Assembly (NCBI GenBank): GCA_043736415.1 | Contig: JAYTCO010000280.1 | Coordinates: 557-64,556 of the forward strand | Reading direction: 5' to 3' | From: Ferruginibacter sp. | GTDB lineage: Bacteria; Bacteroidota; Bacteroidia; Chitinophagales; Chitinophagaceae | DNA: 64,000 bases | Shown here: positions 37,981 to 47,990 of the stretch, piece after piece | Layout of the letters: each line of letters begins with the position of its first letter | Position numbering within the stretch: position 1 is the first letter of the stretch | Program-made: the position numbers and the translations under genes | The notes under the pieces: generated by a model | Databases searched by the model: none | What the model was told of the DNA's origin: nothing | What the model saw: the letters and a program-made list of their open reading frames with translations, nothing else

Positions 37981-39156
37981 CTAGCGCATTAATTTATCTT
38001 TAAAATAATTTAAACGCAATGTATCGTTCCAGCCATTCGGATTTTTCTCAAAAACTTTGCTGCTGTAGAATGCCATACCTTTTAATGCGGGCAGGCTGCG
38101 TATTTTTTGTATTTGTTTTGGCAACTGGGTTTTATCTTTCCATGCGGCATTGCTGTTTGCACGGTAATAACCAATGCCGATATAGCAATCTTTGCCGTAG
38201 CTGTGTGCTGCCCACCAATCTGCAAGGGTATTAAAATCTGCAAGCTTATGGTCTATTTCCCAATAAAGCTGAGGGGTTACATAGTCTATCCAGCCCATGC
38301 GCAGCCAGAGTAAAATATCTGCATATAAATCATCATAATTTGTTTGTCCGGCTTTGGTATTACTGCCCATAGAATCTACAGATGCATTGCGCCACACACC
38401 AAACGGGCTTATGCCAAACCTGCATTTTTTATTGGTTTCCTTAATGGCTTTGCCAAGCATTACAATTATAGAATCTGTATTGCTTCGGCGCCAGGTATCT
38501 TTGCTCATACCATTACCATATTGCTTATACTTTGCATCGTCAGGAAATTCTTTGCCTGCAATGCGGTAAGGATAAAAATAATCATCAAAATGTACTGCAT
38601 CTACCTGATACCGTTTAACCACATCTTTAACAACATTTGTTACATAACGCTGCACATCTTTATTGCCGGGATCAAAATATTTTTTGTCACCATAGGTAAT
38701 AAACCATTCCGGATGCTGGCGTGTAATATGTGTTGCTGTAATAGATGAATTTGTTATGCTAAAAACGGCACGGTAAGGGTTCATCCAAGCATGAAATTCC
38801 ATTCCCCGTTTGTGTGTTTCAGTTATCATAAACTCCAGCGGATCGTAATACGGAAAAGGCGCCTGACCCTGCACGCCTGTAAGCCATTGGCTCCAGGGCT
38901 CAAAGGGTGATGGATAAAATGCATCTGCCGCGGGACGTACCTGTACAATTACCGCATTCATACCATTGCGCTGGTGCATGTTAAGGAGTTTTAAAAATGC
39001 AGCTTTTTGTAAATGGGCATAAATTGTTGGCGAATCGGGCCAGTCAATATTATCTACAGTAGCAACCCACACAGCCCTAAACTCAGGCTTTGCAACATTT
39101 TGTGCTGTTGAGCCCAACGCATATAAAAAAGTAAACAGCAGCAGATAAAATTTCAT
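37981..39156 (-). CDS. Glycoside-hydrolase-like family 10 (GHL10/DUF187, YngK-like) lipoprotein or secreted protein
   Basis: Start set at MKFYLLLFTFLYALGSTAQ (signal peptide). EFRAVWVATVDNIDWP and WIDYVTPQLYW are family motifs. Confidence 0.7.
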   Translation of the reverse strand: MKFYLLLFTFLYALGSTAQNVAKPEFRAVWVATVDNIDWPDSPTIYAHLQKAAFLKLLNMHQRNGMNAVIVQVRPAADAFYPSPFEPWSQWLTGVQGQAPFPYYDPLEFMITETHKRGMEFHAWMNPYRAVFSITNSSITATHITRQHPEWFITYGDKKYFDPGNKDVQRYVTNVVKDVVKRYQVDAVHFDDYFYPYRIAGKEFPDDAKYKQYGNGMSKDTWRRSNTDSIIVMLGKAIKETNKKCRFGISPFGVWRNASVDSMGSNTKAGQTNYDDLYADILLWLRMGWIDYVTPQLYWEIDHKLADFNTLADWWAAHSYGKDCYIGIGYYRANSNAAWKDKTQLPKQIQKIRSLPALKGMAFYSSKVFEKNPNGWNDTLRLNYFKDKLMR

Positions 39157-39196
39157 GACAGGCATTTTAAGAACGGTAAAATAGAAAATAAAATGT

Positions 39197-39649
39197 TTAG
39201 GAAACAAGTCTCATTTTATCCAGCAGTTTATTTACATTTTTTGCATCGGCTTCTGTGAGAGAGCCGGCAATAGCATCCATAGTAAGTTCAAAAGCATCAA
39301 GTTTTTCCAACAGTTTTTTCCCCTTAGCAGTAATGGTAACATCTACCATTCTTTTATCGCCGGGACATACCATTTTTTTTACAAGCGCCTTGGTAATTAA
39401 CCTGTCAACAATGCGGCTGGTATCGCTCATTTTATCGAGCATTCTTTGCCTTATTTGCAATGTTGAAATGGGTGTGGCTGCACCCCGCAGAATGCGCAGA
39501 ATATTAAACTGCTGCGGTGTAATATCTTCTTTTTCAAAAAAGCTTTTTAGCCTTTCGTTCATCCAGTTATAGGTGTAAATAAGATTGATGATTACCTTCT
39601 GGTGCTCGGTTCTAAACTTTGGCTGGTTGATATCTTTTTCTAAACTCAT
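39197..39649 (-). CDS. MarR family transcriptional regulator
   Basis: 150 aa with the winged-helix pattern ITPQQFNILRIL......ST.L......D.S..SR.VDRL..K.LV. Confidence 0.8.
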   Translation of the reverse strand: MSLEKDINQPKFRTEHQKVIINLIYTYNWMNERLKSFFEKEDITPQQFNILRILRGAATPISTLQIRQRMLDKMSDTSRIVDRLITKALVKKMVCPGDKRMVDVTITAKGKKLLEKLDAFELTMDAIAGSLTEADAKNVNKLLDKMRLVS

Positions 39650-39666
39650 AATTGGAACACAATAAT

Positions 39667-39698
39667 AAAAAAAAGCTGCAACATTGTAGGTTGCAGGC
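39667..39698 (-). terminator. Rho-independent terminator of the AI-2E transporter gene
   Basis: On the minus strand a ctgcaac / gttgcag stem is followed by a T8 run (A8 on the plus strand at 39667-39674). Confidence 0.6.
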
Positions 39699-39737
39699 TT
39701 TAAAATAATTAATTTATTTTGTTAAAGGTCGTACAAT

Positions 39738-40808
39738 TTAAGGTTGACCTGTAATTTTTTTATCCAGTTCTCTTTCCAAAATAATTTGCGACTCATGGTT
39801 TTCGGAAAATTCATTAATATAAATTTTTACAAGTATTAAGAAATAACTAATGAGCAAAGGCCCAAAAATTAGACCTATAAAACCAAATAGATTCAGCCCT
39901 ACAATTACACCCAATACGGTTATAAGGGGATGAACATTACCTATTTTTTTCATGAAACTTATTCGGGCCACATAATCCACATTACCCGTTACCAAAAGGC
40001 TGTAAATGCCCAGACCTATTGCCGGCCATGTAAGGCCTTGCGAAAAAAGATAGAGCATTATTGGCACCCAGACAATCATTGTACCCACAAGTGGAAAAAA
40101 TGCAAATACACCGGTTATGAATCCCCAAAGTCCCCAATCATCCATACCAAAAACCCAATAACCCAAGGAAGCAAATATGCCCTGCACAATACAGATAATG
40201 GGTATACCAAGAGCATTCGCCTTTATCATCATTTTTGTTTCGCCGGCAAGTATATCAACATTATGCGGTTTTAGTGGTATAATCTTGTGCAGGTTTTTTT
40301 CCATATCTCTGCCGCCAACCAACAAAAAATATAATAAAAAAAACATCATCAATAAATTGGCGAGTGTAGTTGCTGTACCGCTTAACAACATGGGTACCAT
40401 ACCAGAAATTTTTTGTGTAACAGTTTTAATATTATCTGGAGATAAAACTTTTATTCCAGTTTTTGCAGAGATATTCTCTGCCATATTTTGCAGTTTTTGT
40501 ACTATCTGATCCTGATTTTTTAGTATCTGGTTTATTTTAGGTGTAACGAGATTTACAGTTAAATAAATTGGTAATGAAATTATAACGAGATAAAAAAGAA
40601 TAAACATCATGGCCGTCCAGCCCTTCTTCCATTTGTTTTTAAAAATAAGTTTGAAATAATAGCTGCGGCCCAGAATGTAAAGCGTTATGCCACCTAATAA
40701 ACCCGGTATAAAAATATACAACTGACCAATTAACAATACTGCTATTAAAAAAATAAGGAGCAATACCAACACTTGCAAAATGCGTTTATTAAATAAATTT
40801 TTATCCAT
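39738..40808 (-). CDS. AI-2E family transporter (PerM/YhhT-like permease)
   Basis: 356 aa, about 8 TM, with the typical family layout including the GLNLFGFIGLIFGP segment. Confidence 0.75.
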   Translation of the reverse strand: MDKNLFNKRILQVLVLLLIFLIAVLLIGQLYIFIPGLLGGITLYILGRSYYFKLIFKNKWKKGWTAMMFILFYLVIISLPIYLTVNLVTPKINQILKNQDQIVQKLQNMAENISAKTGIKVLSPDNIKTVTQKISGMVPMLLSGTATTLANLLMMFFLLYFLLVGGRDMEKNLHKIIPLKPHNVDILAGETKMMIKANALGIPIICIVQGIFASLGYWVFGMDDWGLWGFITGVFAFFPLVGTMIVWVPIMLYLFSQGLTWPAIGLGIYSLLVTGNVDYVARISFMKKIGNVHPLITVLGVIVGLNLFGFIGLIFGPLLISYFLILVKIYINEFSENHESQIILERELDKKITGQP

Positions 40809-40837
40809 CTAAAAAATTTAAAACAGGTAAATAAATT

Positions 40838-41866
40838 TTACTTCCAAACTGACTCACCTTCACTGCAATTGGCACAAATATCAATATTTTTTCTGCTCTT
40901 CATTAACTCACTTCTAAATTGTTTGTAGTTATCGTTTTGCCATATTTTTTTAAACGGCTCATTTTTTAAATTACCTAAGCGGTGCATGGCATCTTTATCA
41001 AAACAGCATGGTACCACTAGCCCATCCCAGGTAATTACATTTGCGTGCCAGAGTTTCCAGCAGCGGTTTGCAAATTTATTTTTAGCTTTAAAACTGCCGT
41101 CTGCATTGCGTTTGTAGCGGCTGTATTTTTCGTTTACGGGTATTAACTGGTTGGGATCATTTTCGTAATCATACACCTGTGCGGTTTTAAAACGTACCTC
41201 ATCAACCCCAATTTCTTTTGCAAGTTTTTTTATATCCTCTATCTGGTGTTCGTTGTGCTTAACCACTAAAAACTGAAAAAAAACAAACGGCGTTTTGCTG
41301 TTTAATTCCTTTTTCCATTTCACAATATTTTTTGCACCTTCCAGTACTTTATCAAGGCTTCCGCCTACACGGTATTGTTTGTATGCTTCCTGCGTAGTGC
41401 CGTCTATTGAGATAATTAAACGGTCCAGCCCACTCTCCACTGTTTTTTTTGCAGCTTCATCTGTAAGGTAATGTGCATTGGTACTGGTAGCGGTGTAAAT
41501 ACCTTTATCAGATGCATATTTTACCATATCTAAAAAAGAAGTATTTAAATACGGCTCTCCCTGAAAATAAAAAATTAGGTATAATAATTCTTTGTGAATA
41601 TCATCTATCGTTTCAGTAAAAAAATCTTTCTGCAGCATACCTGTTGGCCGGGTAAATGCTCTTAGTCCACTCGGACATTCAGGGCAGCGAAGATTGCAAC
41701 TTGTGGTTGGCTCAAAAGAAATTGAAATGGGGAAACCCCATTGTACAGGTCTGTCCAGCAGCTTGCTTAAAAAAAAACTACTTACAACTTTTAACCCGTT
41801 CCATGCACGTGCGGGGGTAAGTTTACCGGCAAAATTTACAGCATCATTAAAATTAAATTCGGGCAT
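40838..41866 (-). CDS. Radical SAM protein with C-terminal SPASM-like Cys cluster
   Basis: CNLRCPECPSG (CX3CX2C) and GEP are present. C-terminal cysteines (VVPCCFD, CANCSEG) form a SPASM-like cluster. Confidence 0.75.
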   Translation of the reverse strand: MPEFNFNDAVNFAGKLTPARAWNGLKVVSSFFLSKLLDRPVQWGFPISISFEPTTSCNLRCPECPSGLRAFTRPTGMLQKDFFTETIDDIHKELLYLIFYFQGEPYLNTSFLDMVKYASDKGIYTATSTNAHYLTDEAAKKTVESGLDRLIISIDGTTQEAYKQYRVGGSLDKVLEGAKNIVKWKKELNSKTPFVFFQFLVVKHNEHQIEDIKKLAKEIGVDEVRFKTAQVYDYENDPNQLIPVNEKYSRYKRNADGSFKAKNKFANRCWKLWHANVITWDGLVVPCCFDKDAMHRLGNLKNEPFKKIWQNDNYKQFRSELMKSRKNIDICANCSEGESVWK

Positions 41867-41921
41867 ACTTACAAAATTACTTAGTTAAGATTAAATGCTG
41901 ATTTAACCGGTATGCAGAACT

Positions 41922-42899
41922 TTACAATTTGCAGATGATCCCCGGTATTAATTTGCCAAAATGATATTGCATATTTAAGGTAATATTTTTCTTTTTAGCC
42001 TCGGCATTTTTAATTTTTGCAAAACGGTGATAATTAAAAGAAACCTGCCTGCCGGTTAAATAACCTAATGCTGCACCGGCCAAAACATCGGTAGCCCAGT
42101 GTTTATTTTCTGTAATGCGGCTAAGCCCTACAAGTGTTGCTGCACTGTAAGCAATTATAGGTATGTAAGGTTTATTTCTATATTCTACCGCAAAAACGGT
42201 TGCAGCCGCAAATGCAGCAGTTGTGTGGCCTGAAGGGAATGAACTGTTAGAACTTTTACCATTTCCATCTTTTGAAAGATTGCCAAAAGGACCCTTAAAA
42301 ATCGGTTCAGCTCTTACACCTGATGAGTAATAATTTGGCCTTGTTCTGCCGGTGAGGGTTTTAATTACAGCTTCGGTTAAAAAGCCTGTCAGTACAGCTT
42401 GCGTGGCAAGCAAAGTGGTCGTTTTTACTTTTTCACTTTTTACAATTACGCCGTAAAGCCCAAAGGCACCAAGTGTAACAGCTTCATACAATCCACCAAA
42501 ATTGGTTACAAATTTCCCCACATTTCTTACATTGGCGCTCCGGGTTCGCAGTTCAAGCGCATTTTGTTGTATTGGTTTATCTGCAAATGCAAGTGCTCCT
42601 GTTACAAGGGCAAATTTACCCAATCTTACAAAATCCCTCTTGTGCATGTGAAAAGGTTTGGTAAATTCCTGTTTTATATTACTTCCCAATAAAATAAAAT
42701 AACTTTTTACATTAAGTTTTGTTACTTCATTATAAGCGTCTTTATCAATATTATTTATCTGCGTACCTGTGCTGTCAGTCTTTTTAGCTAAACTGTCAAG
42801 CTTTTTTATAAGCGTATCTTTTATAACCGGTTCCTGTGCAAATGCAGAAATATTAAACAGCATAAAGCAAATGGTAGGTATAATAATTCTTAATTTCAT
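41922..42899 (-). CDS. PAP2-superfamily phosphatase (secreted or membrane)
   Basis: Start set at MKLRIIIPTICFMLFNISAFAQ (signal peptide). PSGHT and SRITENKHWATDVLAG are PAP2 motifs C2 and C3. The longer listed ORF overlaps the divergent peptidase gene. Confidence 0.75.
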   Translation of the reverse strand: MKLRIIIPTICFMLFNISAFAQEPVIKDTLIKKLDSLAKKTDSTGTQINNIDKDAYNEVTKLNVKSYFILLGSNIKQEFTKPFHMHKRDFVRLGKFALVTGALAFADKPIQQNALELRTRSANVRNVGKFVTNFGGLYEAVTLGAFGLYGVIVKSEKVKTTTLLATQAVLTGFLTEAVIKTLTGRTRPNYYSSGVRAEPIFKGPFGNLSKDGNGKSSNSSFPSGHTTAAFAAATVFAVEYRNKPYIPIIAYSAATLVGLSRITENKHWATDVLAGAALGYLTGRQVSFNYHRFAKIKNAEAKKKNITLNMQYHFGKLIPGIICKL

Positions 42900-43068
42900 A
42901 AGTGTTATTTTAATTCTAGTAAAATACAGGAATAAATTCTGCGTTGAATGTATAAATAATAAACAGTCTTGTTTTATGCAACAGGGTATTAGTTTAAAAT
43001 AATTATTACGTACATAAAATTTTATGTACAGTTTTATGTTTAAAAACGAATCATTTATAAATTTAGAT

Positions 43069-44922
43069 ATGAAATCAATTTTATTCTTTTTGCTTTTTTT
43101 TACAGGCATAGCGTATGGTCAGGAAAAAGCAGATGCCGAATCAATTGCACGTATGGAAAAAGATGCACATCAAAATCAGTTTATTAACGCGGCACGGCTA
43201 ACAGCTGAATCTGATAATTTTGATGTAAAATATTACAGGTGCGAATGGGCTGTTGATCCGGCTGTTCGTTTCATTGATGGTAAAGTGACTGTCTATTTTA
43301 AACCGATATCTGCACTTTCTTCTATAACATTAGATATGCAATCGCCATTGGTTGCTGATAGTATAAAGCGCAATGGTTCACAGCTAACTTTTTCTCAGCC
43401 CAACAATACACTTGTTATAAATTTTCCGTCAAATATTAATACCAATGTGCTGGACTCAGTAAGTATTTGGTACCAGGGAGTGCCCGCCAATACAGGCTTC
43501 GGGTCTTTTATACAGAATGTGCATGCAGGTACGCCGGTGTTGTGGACGCTGAGTGAATCGTACGGCTCAAGAGAGTGGTGGCCATGCAAAAACGGTATTA
43601 ATGACAAAGCAGATTCTGTTGATGTTTTCATTACAGCACCTGCTGCATATAAAGCCGCAAGCAATGGTATTTTACAAACCGAAACACCTGTTGCAGGTGG
43701 CAAAATAAAAACACACTGGAAACACCGCTATCCAATATCATCTTATCTTATTTGCATGGCGGTAACTAATTATGCTGTTTTTAACAACAGCATCCAGCTT
43801 GGTAATGTTAACCTGCCAATGGTAACTTATTGCTATCCTGAAAGTCTTGCTTTATTTCAAAACAACACATCAAAAGTGTTGGAATCAATACAATTATTTC
43901 ATAACAATTTTGGACCTTATCCTTTTATAAATGAAAAATATGGGCATGTACAATTTGGGTGGGGCGGCGGCATGGAGCACCAGACTTCTACTTTTATTGT
44001 AACGCCAGATGAATCATTGATGGCACATGAACTTGGTCACCAATGGTTTGGCGATAAAATTACCTGCAACAGCTGGGAAGATATATGGTTAAACGAAGGT
44101 TTTGCAACTTACCTCGCAGCCTTTAATATGGAAACAAAATATCCTGCCACCGCACTCGCTAACAGAAAAAATATAATCAACAGCATAACATCACAACAGG
44201 GTGGCTCTGTAAAGGTTATGGACACTACTAACCTTAACCAGATTTTTAGTTACAGGTTGAGTTATAACAAAGGAAGTTACCTCTTGTTTATGCTGCGTTT
44301 TATTTTGGGTGACGATGTTTTTTTAAAAGCGCTAAGGCGTTATCAGCAGGATCCTGCATTGGTTTATGGGAATGCAACTACGGCTGATTTAAAAAGAAAT
44401 TTAGAGATGGAAAGTGGTAAAAATCTTACTTACTTTTTTGATCAATGGTATACGGGTCAGGGTTACCCAAGCTATCAGGTACAATGGAATGTGCTCGACA
44501 GTAATTGTGTAAATATTAAACTTTCTCAAACTACTTCTCACCCATCGGTTTCGTTCTTTAAACTTCCGGTTTCACTAAAGTTTAAAAATGCTACTCAGGA
44601 AAAAACAGTTGTGCTCGATAATAATATAAATGGTGAAATATTTATTAGATCGCTGGGGTTTGTTGCAGATACTGTATTGGTAGATCCCGGTCTTTGGCTG
44701 GTTACAAAAAACAACAGCACAGAAAAAACTTCTCCTGTTAATAATGGCAGCTGTTCGCCCGCTCCTACTAACAATGGCGAGGGTATTGTTGATGTTTTTC
44801 CAAACCCGGTAAGCAATCCTTTTACAATTTACATACATGATTTTAAAGATGATAAAGCGCAGGTGCAGGTGTACAACAAACTCGGGCAAAAAATTTACAG
44901 CAAAAACATTTTGATTACTTAA
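43069..44922 (+). CDS. M1-family zinc aminopeptidase with T9SS C-terminal sorting domain cut by an in-frame TAA
   Basis: Start at MKSILFFLLFFTGIAYGQ. HELGHQWFGD plus WLNEGFATY are gluzincin M1 motifs. The CTD begins at VDVFPNPVSNPFTIYI, but the ORF stops at 44920-44922 in the middle of the domain. Confidence 0.8.
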   Translation: MKSILFFLLFFTGIAYGQEKADAESIARMEKDAHQNQFINAARLTAESDNFDVKYYRCEWAVDPAVRFIDGKVTVYFKPISALSSITLDMQSPLVADSIKRNGSQLTFSQPNNTLVINFPSNINTNVLDSVSIWYQGVPANTGFGSFIQNVHAGTPVLWTLSESYGSREWWPCKNGINDKADSVDVFITAPAAYKAASNGILQTETPVAGGKIKTHWKHRYPISSYLICMAVTNYAVFNNSIQLGNVNLPMVTYCYPESLALFQNNTSKVLESIQLFHNNFGPYPFINEKYGHVQFGWGGGMEHQTSTFIVTPDESLMAHELGHQWFGDKITCNSWEDIWLNEGFATYLAAFNMETKYPATALANRKNIINSITSQQGGSVKVMDTTNLNQIFSYRLSYNKGSYLLFMLRFILGDDVFLKALRRYQQDPALVYGNATTADLKRNLEMESGKNLTYFFDQWYTGQGYPSYQVQWNVLDSNCVNIKLSQTTSHPSVSFFKLPVSLKFKNATQEKTVVLDNNINGEIFIRSLGFVADTVLVDPGLWLVTKNNSTEKTSPVNNGSCSPAPTNNGEGIVDVFPNPVSNPFTIYIHDFKDDKAQVQVYNKLGQKIYSKNILIT

Positions 44923-45027
44923 GGTTCTGCTTCGCTAAAAATACAATCAGCCAATTGGGCAAGAGGAACCTATATTGTTGAAGTTACTGCTGCGGGTAAA
45001 ACAGTACGAAAGCAGGTTTTGAGGTAA
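44923..45027 (+). other. In-frame continuation encoding the missing last strands of the T9SS sorting domain
   Basis: My translation, in the same frame directly after the TAA, is GSASLKIQSANWARGTYIVEVTAAGKTVRKQVLR*. This is the canonical end of a type-A CTD (..G.Y.V.V......  .K.V.). Confidence 0.6.
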
Positions 45028-45079
45028 GTGATTTTTGTGTTTTTTTGATGAATGATTATTTTTAAAGGTTGAAGAAAGT

Positions 45080-45844
45080 ATGGCTAAAAAAGTGCGGGGC
45101 TTTGGTAAAAAGATATTTTACACGGTTATTTTTTTAATTACCTGTTCCATCGTTGCTTACTATTTTAAAGACCGTTTTAATAAACCCACCTTTATTCTTT
45201 ACAAAGAATTTGGCATTTACATTCCTGTAAATTATCAGGTACACGGAATAGATGTAAGCAGGCATCAGCAGAATATTTCGTGGGATGCTGTTAAGCAAAT
45301 GAAGATTAATAATGTTGCAGTTGGTTTTGCTTTTATAAAAGCAACAGAAGGCACTGATTTAATTGATGATCAATTTAAAACAAACATGCGCAATGCTCTG
45401 GCAGCTGAAATACCAAGAGGCGCCTACCATTTTTTTTTAGGCAGCAAAAGCGGAAAATTACAGGCAGCACATTTTGTAGAAAATGTTTATTTAAAAAAAG
45501 GAGATCTGCCACCGGTGCTGGATGTTGAACAGGCCAACGGCGCATCTGTAACAGACTTACAGCAGCGGGTTGCTGACTGGCTTAAACTTGTAGAAAAAAG
45601 GTACAAAGTAAAACCCATTATTTACAGCAACATAAGTTTTTACAATAAATTTTTAGCAGGAAAATTTGATGATTATCCGCTTTGGGTAGCCCATTATCTG
45701 GAAAGAAATAAACCCCGCATACAACGCAACTGGACCTTTTGGCAACACAACGAAACTGGCCATGTAAACGGCATTCAGGCTAATGTTGATTTTAATGTTT
45801 TTAATGGAGACAGTACTGCATTCAACAACATCCTTATAAAATAA
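45080..45844 (+). CDS. GH25 family lysozyme (muramidase) with N-terminal membrane anchor
   Basis: GIDVSRHQQNISWDAVK, FAFIKATEG and the DVEQ-type catalytic region are present. Confidence 0.8.
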   Translation: MAKKVRGFGKKIFYTVIFLITCSIVAYYFKDRFNKPTFILYKEFGIYIPVNYQVHGIDVSRHQQNISWDAVKQMKINNVAVGFAFIKATEGTDLIDDQFKTNMRNALAAEIPRGAYHFFLGSKSGKLQAAHFVENVYLKKGDLPPVLDVEQANGASVTDLQQRVADWLKLVEKRYKVKPIIYSNISFYNKFLAGKFDDYPLWVAHYLERNKPRIQRNWTFWQHNETGHVNGIQANVDFNVFNGDSTAFNNILIK

Positions 45845-45937
45845 ACGGATTATTTTTCTTAAGTCGATATAGGCTTTTATTGGCAAAGGCTAATTTCACT
45901 ATTTAACAAAACGATTAAATTTTTATAACTTTAGCAG

Positions 45938-46171
45938 ATGGGAATGGAAGATGATACTCAGCTTTTTTTGGTAACCATTATGCAGACGGTTTCTTTGCTG
46001 ATTTTATGGTTGCTCATCAATATTTTTGTGGGGCTTTATTTAAAATTTGGTCTATTCGATGAATGCCCATCTTTAAAAAATTTTTTATATTATGCTGTTT
46101 TTATTACCGGCTGTTTTTTTCTTTTTAAGCACATTAAAAAAAAGTGGAGTAAAGTTAGTGGACAGTTATAA
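45938..46171 (+). CDS. Small two-TM hypothetical protein
   Basis: ORF with two hydrophobic segments. No family recognised. Confidence 0.35.
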   Translation: MGMEDDTQLFLVTIMQTVSLLILWLLINIFVGLYLKFGLFDECPSLKNFLYYAVFITGCFFLFKHIKKKWSKVSGQL

Positions 46172-46189
46172 ATAAAACGTTTTCGCTGG

Positions 46190-46618
46190 TTAGCTGCTGT
46201 GGTCCTGTATTATTAACCATTGCTTTTTAATTTTTTTAAACAACAAAGTAAAAGTACCACCAATATCACCCACCGTTCTTTTAAGATGCCACTTTCCAAC
46301 AACGGAATAATATTCCGGCGACAGCCTTTTCACGTCTATTAATGTAAAATCAAGTTTACCCATAGTATTAATATCCGGATATCCTTTTTTATAATTCTTT
46401 AGGGTATTTTCCCAGCCATAGGTTGGTCCGTTTTTACCAATAAACATTAGGGAATCGTTGCGCCAATAACCGTCCATAAATTTTTCCAGGTCTCCGGTAT
46501 TCCAGGCAGATGTCTGTTTGGAAAGTATATTTTTTATAAGCAAATCATCTGTAATTTTTTGAGCATTTGCGGCGTTACCTAAAAACGATAACAACAAAAC
46601 GAATAGAAGTTTTTGCAT
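46190..46618 (-). CDS. Secreted NTF2-like (SnoaL/DUF4440) protein
   Basis: Signal peptide, then the ...W..GD...F...Y..D......G... pattern of DUF4440. Confidence 0.55.
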   Translation of the reverse strand: MQKLLFVLLLSFLGNAANAQKITDDLLIKNILSKQTSAWNTGDLEKFMDGYWRNDSLMFIGKNGPTYGWENTLKNYKKGYPDINTMGKLDFTLIDVKRLSPEYYSVVGKWHLKRTVGDIGGTFTLLFKKIKKQWLIIQDHSS

Positions 46619-46670
46619 TGTTTTAATTTTTATATATTTATACAGACTGAGTTATAAAACTAAAAGTTTT

Positions 46671-47060
46671 TTAATGCGCATGGTGTGGCGAACTGCATTT
46701 TCTTTTTGTGCAAAGCCTGTAGTTTAAGTAATGGGCACTAACTATTAAAATAACAGCGGGAACTACAAAATAACCTTCTATGTGTAAAAAAAACTGTTTC
46801 GTTATCAGTAATAAAAAACCGGCTGTAAAAAGAAAAACAGGCAATGTATTCTTATGATGTGTTTTGTAACCATGCAGCAACGCATAAACTCCCACAGCAA
46901 AAGCCAGCAATATCATACCCCACTCAAAATATATATTGTGAATAATGTTTACACCAAATAATGGAAGGCTGGTAAGCAACAACGGCAACGCTATGCAATG
47001 TATTGCACAGGCAAGCGAAGTAGCAATTCCAAATCCGTCCCAGTTTATTTTTAGGTTCAT
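46671..47060 (-). CDS. MerC-family membrane protein
   Basis: GIATSLACAIHCIALPLL (MerC-type Cys-containing first TM) and four TM segments. ATG at 47060 preferred over TTG at 47072. Confidence 0.6.
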   Translation of the reverse strand: MNLKINWDGFGIATSLACAIHCIALPLLLTSLPLFGVNIIHNIYFEWGMILLAFAVGVYALLHGYKTHHKNTLPVFLFTAGFLLLITKQFFLHIEGYFVVPAVILIVSAHYLNYRLCTKRKCSSPHHAH

Positions 47061-47252
47061 AGTCAATAACAAATATACAATTTTTGCACTAACGTTGCAA
47101 ATAGTTTAAACACTTAACGAAGTTTTGCATTTTTCAAATGTACCTTTGCGGAGTTTACTTTTTAAGTGATGTAAAAAAACGCTCCGGAAAGCAATATTTT
47201 AAAAAAATTTTTGACCTGACGACATTATTTATCAAAAAAAGTGATACCATGA

Positions 47253-47978
47253 ATGAGTAAAAAAATAAAATTTTACCTACTGTTTTTCGCTGTCTTATTG
47301 GGTGTATTCTATTTCTTCATTATGAAGGATTATGATTTTGATGCATCTCCTTTGCAGGTTATTAATCCTGCAGTACCTGCATTTAGTTTTACCAATCAGG
47401 ATGGAAAAATTATCACCCAAAAAAATACGGATGATAAGGTTTATGTGGCTGAATATTTTTTTACAACCTGTAAAGGTATTTGCCCAAAAATGAATGCAAA
47501 CATGCGCAGGGTGTATGATGCCTATAAAAATGAAAATGATTTTTTAATACTTTCGCACACCTGCATGCCCGAGGTTGACAGCATACCATTGCTAAAAAAG
47601 TATGAACTAAAAATGATCAACAATTCACTTTTAAAAAGTGCTGATGGATCTTACTCCATAAGCAACGCAGCCGTTACAGGTAATGCACCAAATAAAAACT
47701 GGAATTTTGTTACGGGCAATAAAGATTCTCTTTATAAAATGGCCCGCATCGGTTACATAATTGACAACCAAAAACCTGACAGCAACCAGAACATAGCCAA
47801 CCAGTTTATACATACCCAATATTTTGCTCTCGTTGACAGGTACAGGCGTGTAAGAGGGATTTATGATGGCTTAAAAGAAGATGAGGTAAAAAAACTGATA
47901 TACGATATTAAAGGAGTTTTAAAAGAAAAGGTTGACCACACAAGATTTATGACAGGCTTCAGCAATTCACCCACTTAA
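47253..47978 (+). CDS. SCO1/SenC family thiol-disulfide/copper chaperone protein
   Basis: N-terminal TM and a thioredoxin-fold with the FFTTCKGICP (CxxxC) motif. Confidence 0.7.
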   Translation: MSKKIKFYLLFFAVLLGVFYFFIMKDYDFDASPLQVINPAVPAFSFTNQDGKIITQKNTDDKVYVAEYFFTTCKGICPKMNANMRRVYDAYKNENDFLILSHTCMPEVDSIPLLKKYELKMINNSLLKSADGSYSISNAAVTGNAPNKNWNFVTGNKDSLYKMARIGYIIDNQKPDSNQNIANQFIHTQYFALVDRYRRVRGIYDGLKEDEVKKLIYDIKGVLKEKVDHTRFMTGFSNSPT

Positions 47979-47990
47979 TAAAAAACAAAC

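Noticed and set aside
42900-43109. Long N-terminal extensions of the divergent PAP2 (to 43109) and M1 peptidase (from 43024) ORFs, which would overlap each other.
   Set aside because: Both proteins have internal Met codons followed by canonical signal peptides (42899 and 43069). The extensions are AT-rich promoter DNA read through. The same logic was applied to 33868->33736, 55298->55217, 39207->39156, 59347->59401, 48395->48458, 57456->57477 and 15677->15731.
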